A program made the translations under genes and the position numbers. This document shows, in pieces, positions 11,426-25,643 of a DNA stretch of 64,000 nucleotides; positions within the stretch are counted from its first letter, which is position 1; each line of letters opens with the position of its first letter. The notes beneath the pieces were generated by a model that did not search any database, was not told the origin of the DNA, and saw nothing but the letters and a program-made list of their open reading frames with translations. The stretch spans positions 34,348,001 to 34,412,000 of the forward strand of contig CM074514.1 of NCBI GenBank assembly GCA_037379345.1. The letters are read 5' to 3'. This DNA comes from Perna viridis (Eukaryota).

Positions 11426-14400
11426 TATCAAATAGGAAACTACATATGGTAAAAAAAAAAATTGTTAAATCTTCGATACAAAACCTCTCTTGACAATTAC
11501 TTGGTTTCCTTGGAACTATTGACAAAGTAGTTAGTATTTATTTCAAGTTCATGGACAAACAAAGAATTTCACATTAATATTAATATGTGGTTTAAAATGT
11601 CTCAACACAGAAAGATTAAAATTCAGGGCATCCAAATATTAATAAACTATGCTGAGTTTTTTATCTGATGTGTTTCGAGAAAGTGACCCAATTGCATAAA
11701 AAAATGAGTCTACTGAGACAACCTACTAATTTGGACAAAGAATTTTGGTGAAGTTTGTCAAATCCAGCCAAATGTGACCTGCTTTACTGTAACAGGTGCT
11801 TTGACAACATTACAAGAGGGTAATCTCTAAATCACTGCCAGTGGCATGAACACAGATCTTAGTTGCGATACATTCGAACATTTTTAATTTTCTTTTATTT
11901 TAGGGAAAAAACATGCTTTCAGTTTTTTATCTAGTTATCAATATTTGTACAAAACTTGACGTAAAAGGGAGATAATTTTTTAAGTCTGGAGATTGTAATA
12001 AAAGTTTCCCTTTGCACCATAATAGAACAATTTTTTGCCGATCAGAAATACTTAGCCTATTATGCAATTGAGAGAGAATTAGTAATGCTTTAAATCTCAG
12101 GGGTTAAAATATACTTTTTGTAATAATATATAACCCAAAATAAACAGATGTTTAAGAAACTTCAACTTTTCTCCTCTTTCTTTAGTTTCTCCATGCCCCC
12201 TGCAGAGTGACAGCGGGACATTGGATAATATCTGTCAATTCATCTGTCTGTCTTTCCATCTGTTAGCAACACCATGTAGCTGACCTGTCAAGTTTAACAT
12301 AATTTGTCTGGAAATCAGGAAATAATCAACAGAAAGTAAATGATTTTCAAACAAGAAAAAAGAATTGGGAGCCTTAAAAGAGTTGAATCTTATGTTCCCC
12401 ATAATATTGTATATTTTTCTTACAACATGCCATGGAGACACTATTCTACACATGGTACAACCCATCATTTAAAGCTGCATAAAAAAATTTAAATAAGAAA
12501 CATTCATTATTATGACCTCTAGTGACACCCCATCATCCCAACTGCAGTATATGGTCAAAATATAAACCAAGTCTGAAATTGAATCCCACAATATAGCACA
12601 CTTATAAACTGCTCATGTCAAAACATCTAGTAGCTGTAATAATGGTTTTAAAATTTAGTTTAGAAAACTGTTATGAAAAAATGCACCAAGTCTTTCAAAT
12701 GAGGCAGAACAATAAATATGTATAGGATGCAAGTAAAAGAAAACATATCATCTAGCTCAACAAACTACTTGAAGTTTTAACCTTGTAGCCTAAGCCTTTC
12801 CAACTATACTATAAAATAACCCTAGTTTTAAATGTCCATCCACATTATTTACCATTTTATAACTATGTTTTCCTTACAAAATAAAGAAGGCAAGAAAATA
12901 CTAAAAACTTAGAGGTATAGATTAGATTTATTCCAGAATCAACTATATAAGGTATCATAAATAACTAACTGATTGCAATAAATCAAAATTATTTCACTTC
13001 ATTTCAACAGAAAATGTTTAACATTCAAATACAAAATATCTTCAATCAACAGTGGCCATATTAGTTCACGAAATTCATCGTCTAATACAGAAAATCATTT
13101 CGTTTGTGTAATATACTGATCCTTTAACTATAACTTCTTAAAAAGCTATAAACATGATCATCATTACCCATAAAATCGTTTAACATTAAAGTATGAAAGG
13201 AATCTAAGCTTCAAAAATAAAACTCCTTGTATTATCTCCCTTTATGTCATATTTCAAAAATTTCAGTTTATAATAATTATTTGTTATACTTCTTAGATAT
13301 GTGCAGTTATACCTTAATAATTCAAAGTGTTGATTTACTCCTAAACTACAAGTCCTATAAGTTCTAAAATCATACATGTACATTAATCAAAATATTAACA
13401 TTGAATGAAACTTATAATTTCACTAAATATTACAATAATATATATCCATATGTGTCAGGTAATAATATTATGTGACCATCAAAGTTCATAGTAATAAAAA
13501 GACACGCTTACTGAAAAATCAGTTGGTACTATATAAGCATTTTCCCATATACAAATAGGCAAATAACTAATCAATAATATTTGACCAAAGAAGTTAAGTA
13601 AGATACAGTATATTTTATAAGAAAAGAGACAGAAAAGAAATTCTGTTCACTTGAAAGTTTGGATTTGGTACAATAGAGCAAGGTATGAACAAAACAAAGA
13701 ATAATACATGTCTATGTAAGATTTGATTTCTTTCACTATAAATGTTGTAAAAATGGACAAAACTCAACAGAGCCTTAAATCGTTACTTTTGTGGAAAAAA
13801 ATTAAAAATGACACACTAAAGTCAGTTTGATTGAGTGTATCAGAGGTAAATAATAACACTACAGCTTTGAGAAATTTTGATATTTCAACTTCCTGTGGTG
13901 CAGGGGGTTCATGATTAGCAAAGAATTTAATGGTCTTAATTTCATGCTTAATAGAAAGCAGAAGCATACTTTTTAATCTCTATGCAGTCATATTGTTTTA
14001 GTATCCAAAAACACCTAAAAAGGGGGAGATATGCATATCACAAGCTTTATCACAGCTGTTTATTATCATTCACATTGCTAATGTAGCCTTAAGCAACATC
14101 AAGAGGTGTATCTTCATTTAAGGAATGTACACCAAGGGCAGGTGGTAATGGTAAAATCAACATAAAGTGCAGTGTGTTAATGAAAGGACTTTTAATAATC
14201 TATCCTTTACATTTAATGCGGTGGTGCATCAATTTTCTAAAAAAAAAAACACAAAAAAACTGTAAATGTCTTCAGTGCCACATTGATATGTATTTGAATT
14301 ATCTCCCTTTCACAACAACAATAAATTGGTGAACCATTCTTCTACATTATTCCAAAGAATTTCAAGACTTAAAAACAAAAACATACGTAGAATACAAGTT

Positions 14401-15656
14401 TTTTAGAGAAAAAATTTACAATAATTTTCTTTACCATTTTTTTTACTGCAGTTATGTTCCTTTTTATATATGTATATATAACCTTTGACTCAAAAGCATG
14501 GGTTAAATGTTTGAAACATGTTTTCGAAGTTATAGTTAAACAAATTGTAAAAATATTAATATATTAACTTTAAGCATTCTAAAACTTTTTTCCCATGCAG
14601 ATGAATGAGAGATACATGAAGTGTCTTGAAAATTACATCAATGAAAAATTAATTCTGGTTTTGTAAAAAAAAGCTTTTTCAGTTTTTCAAAAACAAATAG
14701 AAAGACAACACCACTCTCAGAAATAAAAAAAAACAAAAAACAAATAATAGATAAGATCTTACTCACTTGAAAGACAACAAATGGACATTTGTACATTGAG
14801 CAGTTGAGTAATTACAAAAATATTCAGATTCTCTTTTAAGATTTGTTAAGTACAGGTTCCACTAAGAATCATGCAATTAAAGACAAGAACTTATCGGTAA
14901 TAAACATTTATGTATGTCAACTATACTAAATACTAAAAACCTTTCATTAAGTTACATTTGTGATTAAAAATACCAACAAATACCAATTAGAGTTGAATTC
15001 TATTGAAAAACATGTCCTACCTACAGATCCCTATACAATTCAAGCAGTGTGATTGGGAGTAAAGGGGGGGGGGCATGTGCCATTTGTCACATTCCAGCTA
15101 AAAATGCCCCATTAAAAGCAGAAATTTATACAAAGAATGTTAAAAAAATGACCCACTGAAATTCAGAAGATAATTAGAAATGACCCAATCTTTAAATTAT
15201 AATCCCAGTCAGGTTTCTCCCAGCCACTGATATTGGTCAGTATATTCCTGACTTTTTAAACCTCCTTCATTCATTTTAATAATTTTCAATTCATGGCGAC
15301 ATACTTGATACATTTACACATGCAAAGAAGTTGACTGATTATATGGACAAAACACCTTCTGCATGATTCAAAGGTAAACCTGCATTTAACATTAAATAAC
15401 ATACTGTGATAATAACTTCATACTATTAATTAAGAAATTATTGACATTGCTTTATAACTGAGGAAAAAACGTAAATGGATTTAGAAGTTTAAATTGTAAT
15501 AACTTAATTACAAATTACAACTACAGCACGACATAATGCTGCACAATTAAAATAGTATTTTGAAAAATAACTACAGTAAAATCTGTCTAAAACTAACCCT
15601 GAATAAACTGGGACCTTATCTCAACCAAACTCTAAATAAACTAGATAGGTCTTTAA

Positions 15657-15861
15657 GGAGGTATATCTAGGGTAAGGCACATAACCCTTGAAATCAGTGA
15701 TATGTTTGTATCAAATTCCATTTCACCATAGCCTACCAAGCTTACCTTTGAAACAGAATGAAATCAATCCAAATTACTTTGATGCTTACATGAAATTGAT
15801 GTCAAATGCTAAATACGAACACTTCAATGCTTTGTAAGTATTGTGTCCCTTACCCTAGGTT
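15657..15861. mobile_element. Longer copy of the TTAA/GGAGG MITE nested inside a TACAGT MITE (15572-15970)
   Basis: ttaaggaggtatatctagggtaaggcaca ... tgtgtcccttaccctaggt; interior is reverse-complement similar to 59629-59766. Confidence 0.7.
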
Positions 15862-18800
15862 CTCTTATGTAAATTTCAATGCATTTGAAACATATATAAA
15901 TGAACAACCTGCCTTAACTGAGGAAAATATTTAGTCCAAAAGGGGTTCAGATTCAACAAGTTTCAGTGTACAGAAAATCAATAAGATGTGCAAAAATTTC
16001 TAAATAAACAGTATTCAATATGATACATTAAAAAAGAGTTTGACATTCAATTTCAACTACACAATATTTTACAGATTTTTACTTAATTTTACTGAAATCT
16101 AGTAAATTTTTAACATCATTTCATATTTGCTAAAATTGATTCCAATCATCTTCATTCATTTCAAACAAACACTAATATCTCATGAAAAAAAAGAAAATCA
16201 TAACACATGAAAATATGTGTTCTACTAGGCTTTTTGAAGTAAATTTCTTGGTTTTCATTCTATTTTTTTTTTCATAAAAAATCAAGGATGGAATTAAGGG
16301 GTAATTTTTTAACTTTTCAATCACCCAAACATTGATGATGGTTTTTTTTTACTTTGTTCTTATCTAAAATATAATGATGGTGGTGTTTTTTTCTTTTTTG
16401 ATTGATATGGCAATAAAAATCAGTGACGATGCCACCCTAAAAAATGACAAGGGTGGGCTTGAGTACCAAGAAATTATTTTCAGTGTGCCACATCTGATAA
16501 TCATATGTTGCTCGATTCATATGATAATCATATGGTAACAACACATGATTAACATATGTTGCAAACAATATGATTCTCATGTGTAGCACATTTGGCTGTA
16601 TATATAATTGCAAATTCAAGTTAGAAGGAAAGCAACATAGCACTATTGAATTATCACTGAAGGCTTGAATAATAATAATAATAATAACACAGAAATGATA
16701 CTTGATAAATAACTATAACAAAAAAACTCACAGTAAACAACAATTATTGCCATCTACACAGAAAAAGAAAGAAATATAAAAAGTAGAAAACATAGTACAC
16801 ACAATTTCTATAAAAATACTGATATTCAGATGTTGTGACAATTTTTTATTGTGAATATAAGTTTTACTCTACATGTATATCATAAACCACCACCAACATT
16901 TTAAGGAATAAACTTATTAAATACCCAAACTATGAAAAATCGAACTGTTCTGAAAAACAATGGTTGATGTCAAAACAGTAACTCAAGTTTTTGTAACAGT
17001 ATGTTTCTCATAATAAATGATAGACAGAATTTCAACAGAGGAAAAATTTTCCTAAAGAAAAAAAATGAGATTTTTTTGTTATTCATAATAAAAGTATTTC
17101 TTCTTTTTACTTCCACTGAAATTCAATGAGAACCACTTGTTCAATTTTTTCATGAGTTGAAAAGGTTCATCATAACATGTAATCCAGTTGTATTCAATGA
17201 GACGTTTGTACTATGAAAACCTTGTTCTACTAAGTATGCAGTACTTTGATTTATGTTGAACTTATACAACTGTATTTTCTCTTTTTGAAAAAAAAAAAAA
17301 AAAAAAGTAAATAAATAAAAAAAACAAAAAACAATTTGAGTGAACTTCACTTTTACACTGCATACTTTTACAGATACATTGAGTTTCTTTAAAACAAATC
17401 TTCATTTAACTTAACAGCTCCTTAAGAAGACGAAAACAAATTTAAGGAGCTTAATTCTTATAACACAAAAAACCTTCTGTTATACACATTTCATGAATAT
17501 TACTAAACAACTGATGTCTTAAATGCATATGATGGCACAAATGCAATCCGCAATGGATTGGTATGGTTGGTTCAAGGACAATAATCATTAAAGGGATCAC
17601 CTTGTACCTTCAACCAAATGCTGTAGAATTGCGTACACGGTATAACTGATTTTGGGCTATTGATATGAATTATAAATTTTCTGATGAATATCATTATTTG
17701 TGTATTTTAAATATCCAGATGACATTATTTGTTCTTTTTCATCATATCGTGCAATACATTAGTTGTCTACGGACCACAGGAAATAAAAATCATTTGTAAG
17801 TGGTATATACAGTTATGGAAGCAAAGTGGGGTACAAACATAGGAAAAGGTATTCAGGAAATCAATGACTTCTATAAGATTGTTTCTAACTATACCCTACC
17901 CCAAAAACAAAAAAAAACTATTATTGTAGGAAAAATGCAGGTACATGTATAAATAAAACAAGAAAAAAAATAGTTATATAAGGAGATGAACTTTTACAGT
18001 TCAAGTATCTGTAAAAATCAGGCAGTGGGTAAAAAACCTATATCTCTGATAAAGTAACTTGATCTTTAGTATCATTAAAACATAGATTTCAAGGCTAGAT
18101 TTGCAATAGCTTTATAATTAAATGAGTTATAGCTATTTCTTTGAAATGCAAAGCAATAACATGTACAGTAAATTCAGAAATGTTAGCAAGGATACAACAT
18201 TGCAATTTTACTGTTTCACATTAAATAGTAATTACAATCTTGCAGTATTGTGGAATACATTGTTTTTGTCCAGTTAAAAATAATAGTGCGAGTCTTAATT
18301 TACACAATTACTCAACAGTTGCATTTTTCACAATACAATATACTAAGATATCACAATACATTTTATAGTTTAAAAGTAAACAATTAAGGGGCAAATAACT
18401 AAGTCAAAATTGAGAAAATTTCTTGAAAACTTTTTAATTTATTCAAGACAGGAAAGTCCAAATAGCAGTAAATATAAGAAAAGTTGCCCATTGTGAAAGA
18501 AAATATAACAAGTTAATAGTTTTTTTTTCAAATTGATTTTTAAAATTTTTCCAAAAAAACAAAAAAAAAGGAAATTGTCTGATATTTCCAAATACCTGCC
18601 CTTATATTAAATTTCCACACAACACATTACAATAATTATATTAGGGTAACCATGCATTTTAGAAAATAAATGTCTACAAGAAAATGAACCAAAAAAATCA
18701 TGGAAGGCATTTTCAAGAGGTAGACATGTTTTGAAAAGTAAATGGATTTGTCATTTCTACACCGGGAAAAAGGATGGAGACAAGAAAACACGCTGTTGTT

Positions 18801-20573
18801 ATATCCACTAAATTTGTAAACGAACTTTTGAATATTAGTCATTATATAGAGGTTCAAATTTATGTTCAATATTGGACAGTCCCAGACTCTTTAAAGTTTC
18901 ACATATGTTGGCCACTTGAGGAAAACCAAAAGTTCTCAATTAAGTGTCAATGAAATGGATTAAAGATTCCAGACTTATGAACATGAAATTTTAAAGGTCC
19001 TAGGTTAAAAATTAAGGGTCCCAGACCTAATGCTCCATTAATATGAACCACAGTAATGTCCTTATTTATATTGTACTGTTACATCATGACTTGCTTCATA
19101 CATATGTACTTTATTCATGACATTTTTGTGAATATGTCAACTACTTTGTTCAGAGCTCTCAATTCAAAGGTGACTGAGACAAAAATTTTCTATGGGTATA
19201 AATTTTACCGACTTGACCTGTATGTTCACACAATGAATTCATGGAATATAAAACTTCAATTGACAACTTTCATGCTGAAATAAAACCCTTAATTAAAAAA
19301 ATACAAGGTTACACACTTAGATAAAACTCTAAAAGTGATACTTAGGAATATATGCATATTGTACATAATATTTTTGGAATTTTAGAGAAAAGAGATTTGT
19401 TTTAACATTGTTTTTAAGCCCATATTGAGGGAGGTTTGGGGTCTTAACCCCCGATTTGAAAAAAAAAGTGATAAAAGCTGTTAATATAAGCTTAAAACTG
19501 GTTAAATACTATAAGGTCAAGATAATTTTGTCCAAATAACCCTCATTCAAAGACTCCTAACAAAAATGCTGTCTACAGGCCAATCAATGAAGATATCTTA
19601 ATCAAAACAGTTTTTAGAAATGACCTGTTTCTAATTATCTCTCTTTTCTAAAAAAAAAAAAATCATGCTTATATTCAAATTACTATTTCTCTTTCAGACT
19701 TCCTTTACTTGTTAAACAATATTAACTTTCCACATTTTTAAACCTGTCCATATTACCATTATTGAAATAATAACATACATGTACCCCTTAAACAAATGAG
19801 TATTAGCAGCCATTTCTGTAGGCACCTTATGACTTTAGCCAGATATATTCTCATGGAAAAAACATTTGGTATCCTAGGTAACAGATAATTTGGTAGACTA
19901 CAATTCAAATCAAAAATTAAATAAGAAGAAAATGAGTTATTAAAATTCAACATAATATAACATTTTAAAATTTGGTTTATTGTTTCTACATAATTGTGTT
20001 TATCAATTGTTTTTTTTGTTTGTTTTTTTTTTTGTAAAATGTCCTTTTCTACTTGTATCGAACCTCAGTTGAAATTTCTAAAATGATAACAAATACTTTA
20101 TGAATCATTGAATAGAAATTGCCTAATTTAGTGGAATAGAAGGATGTCTAAAATTATCAAACTCTGGAGGGGTCCTGAAATCTAATTTCTCTTGTACACA
20201 AGTAGAAAATATTATCATCTGTGTTTGAATACAAAATGGTAGATCCTGAGGTTTGGGTGCCAGGGGGTTCAAACCCCCCTCTTTGGCAGGAAAATTTGTT
20301 CTTTTTTGTGTGTGCAAAATTTTGGCAAAAATCAGTAAATGATTATTTGGGACCCACTATATAAAATCTCTAGCTCCACATCATAATGCTTTAGATAGTC
20401 GTATGCCAAAATACTAAAATATAACCAACATGCAAATTGAACTAAAGTCCATAAATTAAACAGATAAAATAAAATAAAGTAAAAAAGGACATTTTACCAA
20501 TAACATGAACAGAATTAATATAAAACATAATATTAATCTATGAAATGCTTCTTTAGCCTATAATATTTCATCT

Positions 20574-20774
20574 TCATTGTTCAGGCTTGTATTCAATCTC
20601 TCTCATTGGGACCCTCAACTGGAGAGGATCTCGTAATCTTCTGATGTCATATTCAACCTTGGCTATTTCGTCTTTCAGCTGGTTGTACTTCTCAACGTCC
20701 ATCTTGGACTTGCGTGCGTTTTTATGAAGTGATATCAATGTTTGCCTGTCTTTAACTGTATCAAAGTTGTATTC
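20574..20774 (-). CDS. MCU: MCU last coding exon (coiled-coil 2, stop)
   Basis: ttttgtag acceptor; EYNFDTVKDRQTLISLHKNARKSKMDVEKYNQLKDEIAKVEYDIRRLRDPLQLRVPMREIEYKPEQ-TGA; 201 nt; typical YNQLKD...RLRDPL C-terminus. Not in the ORF track. Confidence 0.95.
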   Translation of the reverse strand, partial: EYNFDTVKDRQTLISLHKNARKSKMDVEKYNQLKDEIAKVEYDIRRLRDPLQLRVPMREIEYKPEQ

Positions 20775-20819
20775 CTACAAAATTCCAATATGTATAGATT
20801 CATATTTTAATTCAATTTA

Positions 20820-22260
20820 ATTACAATAGCAATTCGATAAGAAATTTCTTCTCATGGAAAAAATTTTGGTATGTGACTGTGATGTCATCAAATTTCTTTT
20901 TTATGATCTACTTATTTAATTTTGATACTAAAATTAAAGAAGGAATGTTCTGTCTGTTTGAAATAACCTTAATGCCCATGGTGCACACTTATTTGTCTGC
21001 TATGAAGGTTATTTAGTGTGAATATATGATTTATATAGAAATTACGACTGGGAGTCGATTATAGATATTTCTCATCAGAGAAATTTCATAATCAATGAGC
21101 TAAAGTTGTAGACTCTCCTTCTTTTAAGTAACAAATGGATTATCAGCTTTCTCTAACTTGAATCAGTAAATGGTGATATTTTCAGCAAATTTTTTTATCA
21201 CATTCCAATGAAATTTCAACTAATCATCTGCCGAGAAGTTATGCTTACACCACAGATTTCTCCAGAAACATTTTATTCTAGAAAACTCAATTTTTCAGGA
21301 AGATGTCCTATAATGGCTATATTATTCTGTTTTCTGAGTTATATGTTCTTATTTCTTCACCTTACACCATAAAACATTCCTGTTTTATACATATGTAACA
21401 CAAGTAAATACACAATATTCCAATTTTAGACTTTTCCCCCATTTCTGGTAAAGATTATTCAGAGTAAAATGGCATGTCACACATTGAAAAGCAAGCGAGA
21501 TTTTCTCACCAGAATGCAATTTTTATAGATTTAATGTAAAAATGGATTCCTAAAGCCTAACGATACTATTACTATCTACAAAAGGAAAATTGGTGCAAAT
21601 TATGATCTTCTTGGAAGACCAACAACGTTTCAGACAAAAGTTTTGCTATATGAATATGTTTATTTTAGTACCAGTTTTTTCAAGTAGGGCTATATAATTA
21701 CAAAACATATCTGGACATCCCAATTTGGAAGAACGTCTAGAATGTCTATGAAAGAAATGTGCATATTATCAGTTATAATTGATAGTAACTATTAATAAGA
21801 AAAAATGATAAATTCTACGAGAATTTTTTTTTTTTAACTTTTACCATACAACAAAGCAGATAAACAGATCTTCCTAATGGTTTGCTTTGGTTACTGATAA
21901 ACAAATGGTATAATTCTAAATAAGCTTTTTGATATGTTTTTTTTTTCACTACACAATTGGATCAGCCATGTATTGCATTTTGAAGCCTAATTATTTTCAT
22001 CTTATAGACCAAACTTCATAATATGACTGTGACATCATCAACCTTTTTCAATGATTTATTCCTTCAATTTTGATACTTATACTAAATTATAAGAAATGAC
22101 TGTTATACCTTTTTTTTGGTCTATTTGAAATAACCTCAATGCCAGTGGTGCACACTTAAAAATAAGGTGTAGCAGGTTATTTAGTGTGTACACTGTGATC
22201 GAGGTTATTTCTTCATAGACCAAATAACATAAAAATTATTCCTTAAATAAAATAAAGTTG
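20820..22260. repeat. Repeat element filling the last MCU intron: ~160-bp direct repeat (20868-21025 / 22020-22195) ending in a ~110-bp palindrome (22115-22224)
   Basis: tgactgtga(t/c)(g/a)tcatcaa...ttgaaataacct.aatgcc..tggtgcacactta...ggttatttagtgtg present twice. Confidence 0.65.
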
Positions 22261-22291
22261 ATCCCATCCCCCTTTGTAATATTATTTCTAC

Positions 22292-22495
22292 CTGTCTTGT
22301 GAGTACAAAGTAAGCAAACATAGCAGTAGATGTGCCATATGTGATGAAATATGTGACAGGTTCCATGATATCCCAAGAGTATTCCCACCATGTCAGTCGA
22401 GCAAGGACTCCAAACTGTAAACTCATTAAACCTAGTCCTACCCATGACAAAGCAGTGGTTCTTCTTGCAGCTTTTATTTCTAAATCTGCTTTAAT
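22292..22495 (-). CDS. MCU: MCU coding exon (TM1-DIME-TM2 pore)
   Basis: tccag acceptor; [68 protein letters not shown]; GTAGAA donor; 204 nt. Confidence 0.98.
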
Positions 22496-23645
22496 CTGGA
22501 AGATAAATCAAACCAGATTCATTACAGTAAATTCTTATACATCTATTCAAGTTTATCATTTATAGCAAGTAAAACAGACAACTTCAGAAGAAATAGTTGG
22601 TCTTCCCTTGATAGAATGATCATTACCTAATGAACGGCCTTAGGTAGCTAACTGGTCTGTTATGAAGATTTATACTTTCTATCAATCCTAGATTTTAACA
22701 TCTATGAAATAGTAAAAAGTTTAAATCTTCATGTCATTTGATTTGTTAACTACCTTTGGCAGTTTATCTGATAATGGTAACCCAACCAAAAGATCAAATC
22801 TAACCCTTGAAGATAATTATCTTATTTGCTGTAAAATGTAAGACTAAATTATTTCCCTTAGGATAGCAATAATAAAACTCCTTATATTCATTACTTAATA
22901 AAAACAATTCAATAATTTCTTAAACATTTAAAAAATGAAATGTACTGAATGAAAACATTCCTAATAATATAGAAACTTGGAGGCAAAAGGCAAGCTAAAC
23001 AAAGCAAAAGTTAATTCAGAATATAAACAACAGCACTATAATTTTAACATATATTTCTCTGATATGGTTGATTCAAAAATTATAGTATGCATCTTTCATA
23101 GCACTTTTTTAAATCTAAAATGCAATTTATATGCTTGCAATAATTAAAATCTTATAAGTACTGTTGAAAATAATTTCAAAATGCATATTTTAATTATTGC
23201 AATTACAATGCAATCAATTATTGCAATAATTTAACAATTTACAGTTATGGAATGACAGAGTAAAGTAGCGTAATTCTTTCTGACCATGGCCTTTGGCCTG
23301 ATTCAATTTATTACAACTGGTACTAGAAATTGACAGTAATCACTCACTTCTAGTTTGAAAAGGAATGAACAAACTCTGAAATACAGCTTTTTACGTTCAG
23401 GGATTTCAGTAATTCCTGTATATTTAAAAACTTCTGCAAATGATATTTACATGAGTTCAAACATTTGTTGGGGTGTAAATTTTGTGGTCAGATGCCTTGA
23501 AGTCATAAACAAATTAAACAAATAAATTTTCCCAGAAAGGTTATTTTCATGGCTATTTGGTGACCGCAAATGTAGCGAAAACTATCCCAAAGAAGAAATT
23601 TCCCACTCTTATTTTACCAACCCTTATTAAATGTTTACTCATTAC

Positions 23646-23806
23646 TTTTTCATAAGGCTGCACTTTCAGTTTCAGTTCTTCAAGCTGTTGCACCAAGATT
23701 TTCTCCTGCTCAAACTGATGCTGGTCGACATTGAGTTGGGAGTACAAGTGAGCTATCATTGACTTAACATCTCCCATTGTAGCTAAGTTCTCACTTGTCA
23801 TGGTTT
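23646..23806 (-). CDS. MCU: MCU coding exon (linker/coiled-coil 1)
   Basis: tttgtag acceptor; (E)TMTSENLATMGDVKSMIAHLYSQLNVDQHQ...VQPYEK; GTAATG donor; 161 nt. Confidence 0.95.
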
Positions 23807-23984
23807 CTACAAAAAAAGAAGATATTTGTAATTAGTACCGTCATTGTATTTTGAAAAAAAAGTCAAATAAGTCATATTGTACTGACTATGTCAAAATCCT
23901 ACTTAATATCCTACAGAGAGATAAATTTGCTATTTCAACAATTTTACTCCTTGCCCCATCAATACGATAAAATGTTCCATGTAC

Positions 23985-24175
23985 ACATGAAGTTCATGTG
24001 AACAGAATTTCTCATGTAATTAATGTGAACAGAAATTCTCATGTAATTAATGCGAACAGAAATTCTCGTGTAATTTATGTGAAAAGAACTTATCATGTAA
24101 TTCATGTGAAAAGAACTTATCATGTAATTCATGTGAAAAGAACTTATCATGTAATTCATGCGAATAGAAATTCTA
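23985..24175. repeat. 27-bp minisatellite, about 7 copies
   Basis: catgtaattcatgtgaaaagaacttat at 24094, 24121 and 24148, plus variants. Confidence 0.9.
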
Positions 24176-24367
24176 CAGAACTTCCAATATAATCCATATG
24201 AACTATAAGGAGCACTTAAAGAATTTCATGTGGACGCGTATAAAAATTATTAGCCTCATTTGGGTAAAAATCACATTAATGTGAAAATCATAAAAAAATA
24301 AATATGTAAGAAATATTTTCCGATAATTCTAACTTTCACACTTTTAGTCCAATGGAAAAATAGCAAA

Positions 24368-25440
24368 ACAAGAGGCTCCCAGGAGCCTGAATAGCTTACC
24401 TCGTTAAGTTTTTGCCTTTCAAGGGCAATAACTCTAACAAGGAGTTGTTAGACAATTTTGACTCCATTTGATTCAGTGAACACATTTGTAAGCCTTATAA
24501 TAAGGATCAGTAATTGAAAGCTATTGGCTAAACCTAACAGATTTGGAAATGTATGCAAAAATCTGCTGTCTGACCCAATTATTCTATTTTTAGAAATGGC
24601 AGCCATGTTTTTTCAGCGATCAAATATTGGTCATTTCATTAAGGATACCCTATAAAACAAAAATGCCAACTTTCATTGAATTTTGCACAATAGTTTCTGA
24701 GGAGGAGACTTTTTTAAAGTAATAACATCAAAAACAGCAAAAAAACTTCCAAAAAGGGCAATAACTCCTACATGGGTCAACAGATTTTCACCAAAATTTG
24801 ACCACAGATAGAATTTTTCATGCTGAATAATTTTATCCCCATGTCAGATTTTGGTTAAACCTAACCGTTTTGGAGACATATGCAAAACTCTACTGTGTGA
24901 CCCTTATGTTCTATTTTTAGTAACAGCAGCCATGCTTTATAACAGATCAAAAATCCAAACAATCATTTTGTTAAGGATACCCTTTAAAACAAAAATACAC
25001 AAAACGTACTTTCATTACATTCTGTAAAGTAGTTTCTGAGGAGATTTTTTTAAATAATAACATTAAAAACAGCAAAAAATGTCCAAAAAGGGCAATAACT
25101 CCAACATGGGTCATCAAATTTTCACCAAATTTTGACCACAGATAGATCTCATCATGCTGAACACTTTTACCCCCATGTCAGAGTTTGGCTAAACCTAACA
25201 GTTTTGGAGATGTGCGAAAAACTACAGTCTGACCCCTATGTTTTATTTTTAGTAACAACGGCCATGTTTTTCGACGGATCAAAAATTCCCAAACAAGTTC
25301 TACGCAGGATACCCCAAGAAACATTCATACCAAGTTTGGTTCCAATTGGTCCTGTAGTTTCAGAGGAGAAGAGTTTTGAAAAATTGTTAACGACGATGAC
25401 GACGACAACGCCAAGTTACGGCAATAGCTCACATGGCCGT
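24368..25440 (-). mobile_element. Helentron-derived non-autonomous element (HINE) with three internal ~334-bp tandem units
   Basis: Terminal hairpin aggctcc-ca-ggagcct plus subTIR agct(t/c)acct; aagggcaataactc at 24421, 24755 and 25089; (GAC)n microsatellite and atagctcacatggcc at the other end. Confidence 0.8.
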
Positions 25441-25643
25441 TGTTACTAAAAATAAAACATAGGGGTCAGACTGTAGTTTTTCGCATATCTCCAAAACTGT
25501 TAGGTTTAGCCAAATTCTGACATGGGGGTAAAAGTGTTCAGCATGATGAGATCTATCTGTGAAAGCACAATAAAAGGTTTAATTTCATTGGAAATATTTA
25601 TAGTTATCCCAATATAACATAAATGTGTACTGGAAAATAAAAA

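Noticed and set aside
22292-22495. Gene being the dominant-negative paralogue MCUb
   Set aside because: Retains the Arg and Glu ([16 protein letters not shown]) that are substituted in MCUb.
25132-25449. 105-aa plus-strand ORF
   Set aside because: Lies wholly within the HINE repeat unit; homologous units and the 27829 copy do not keep the frame.
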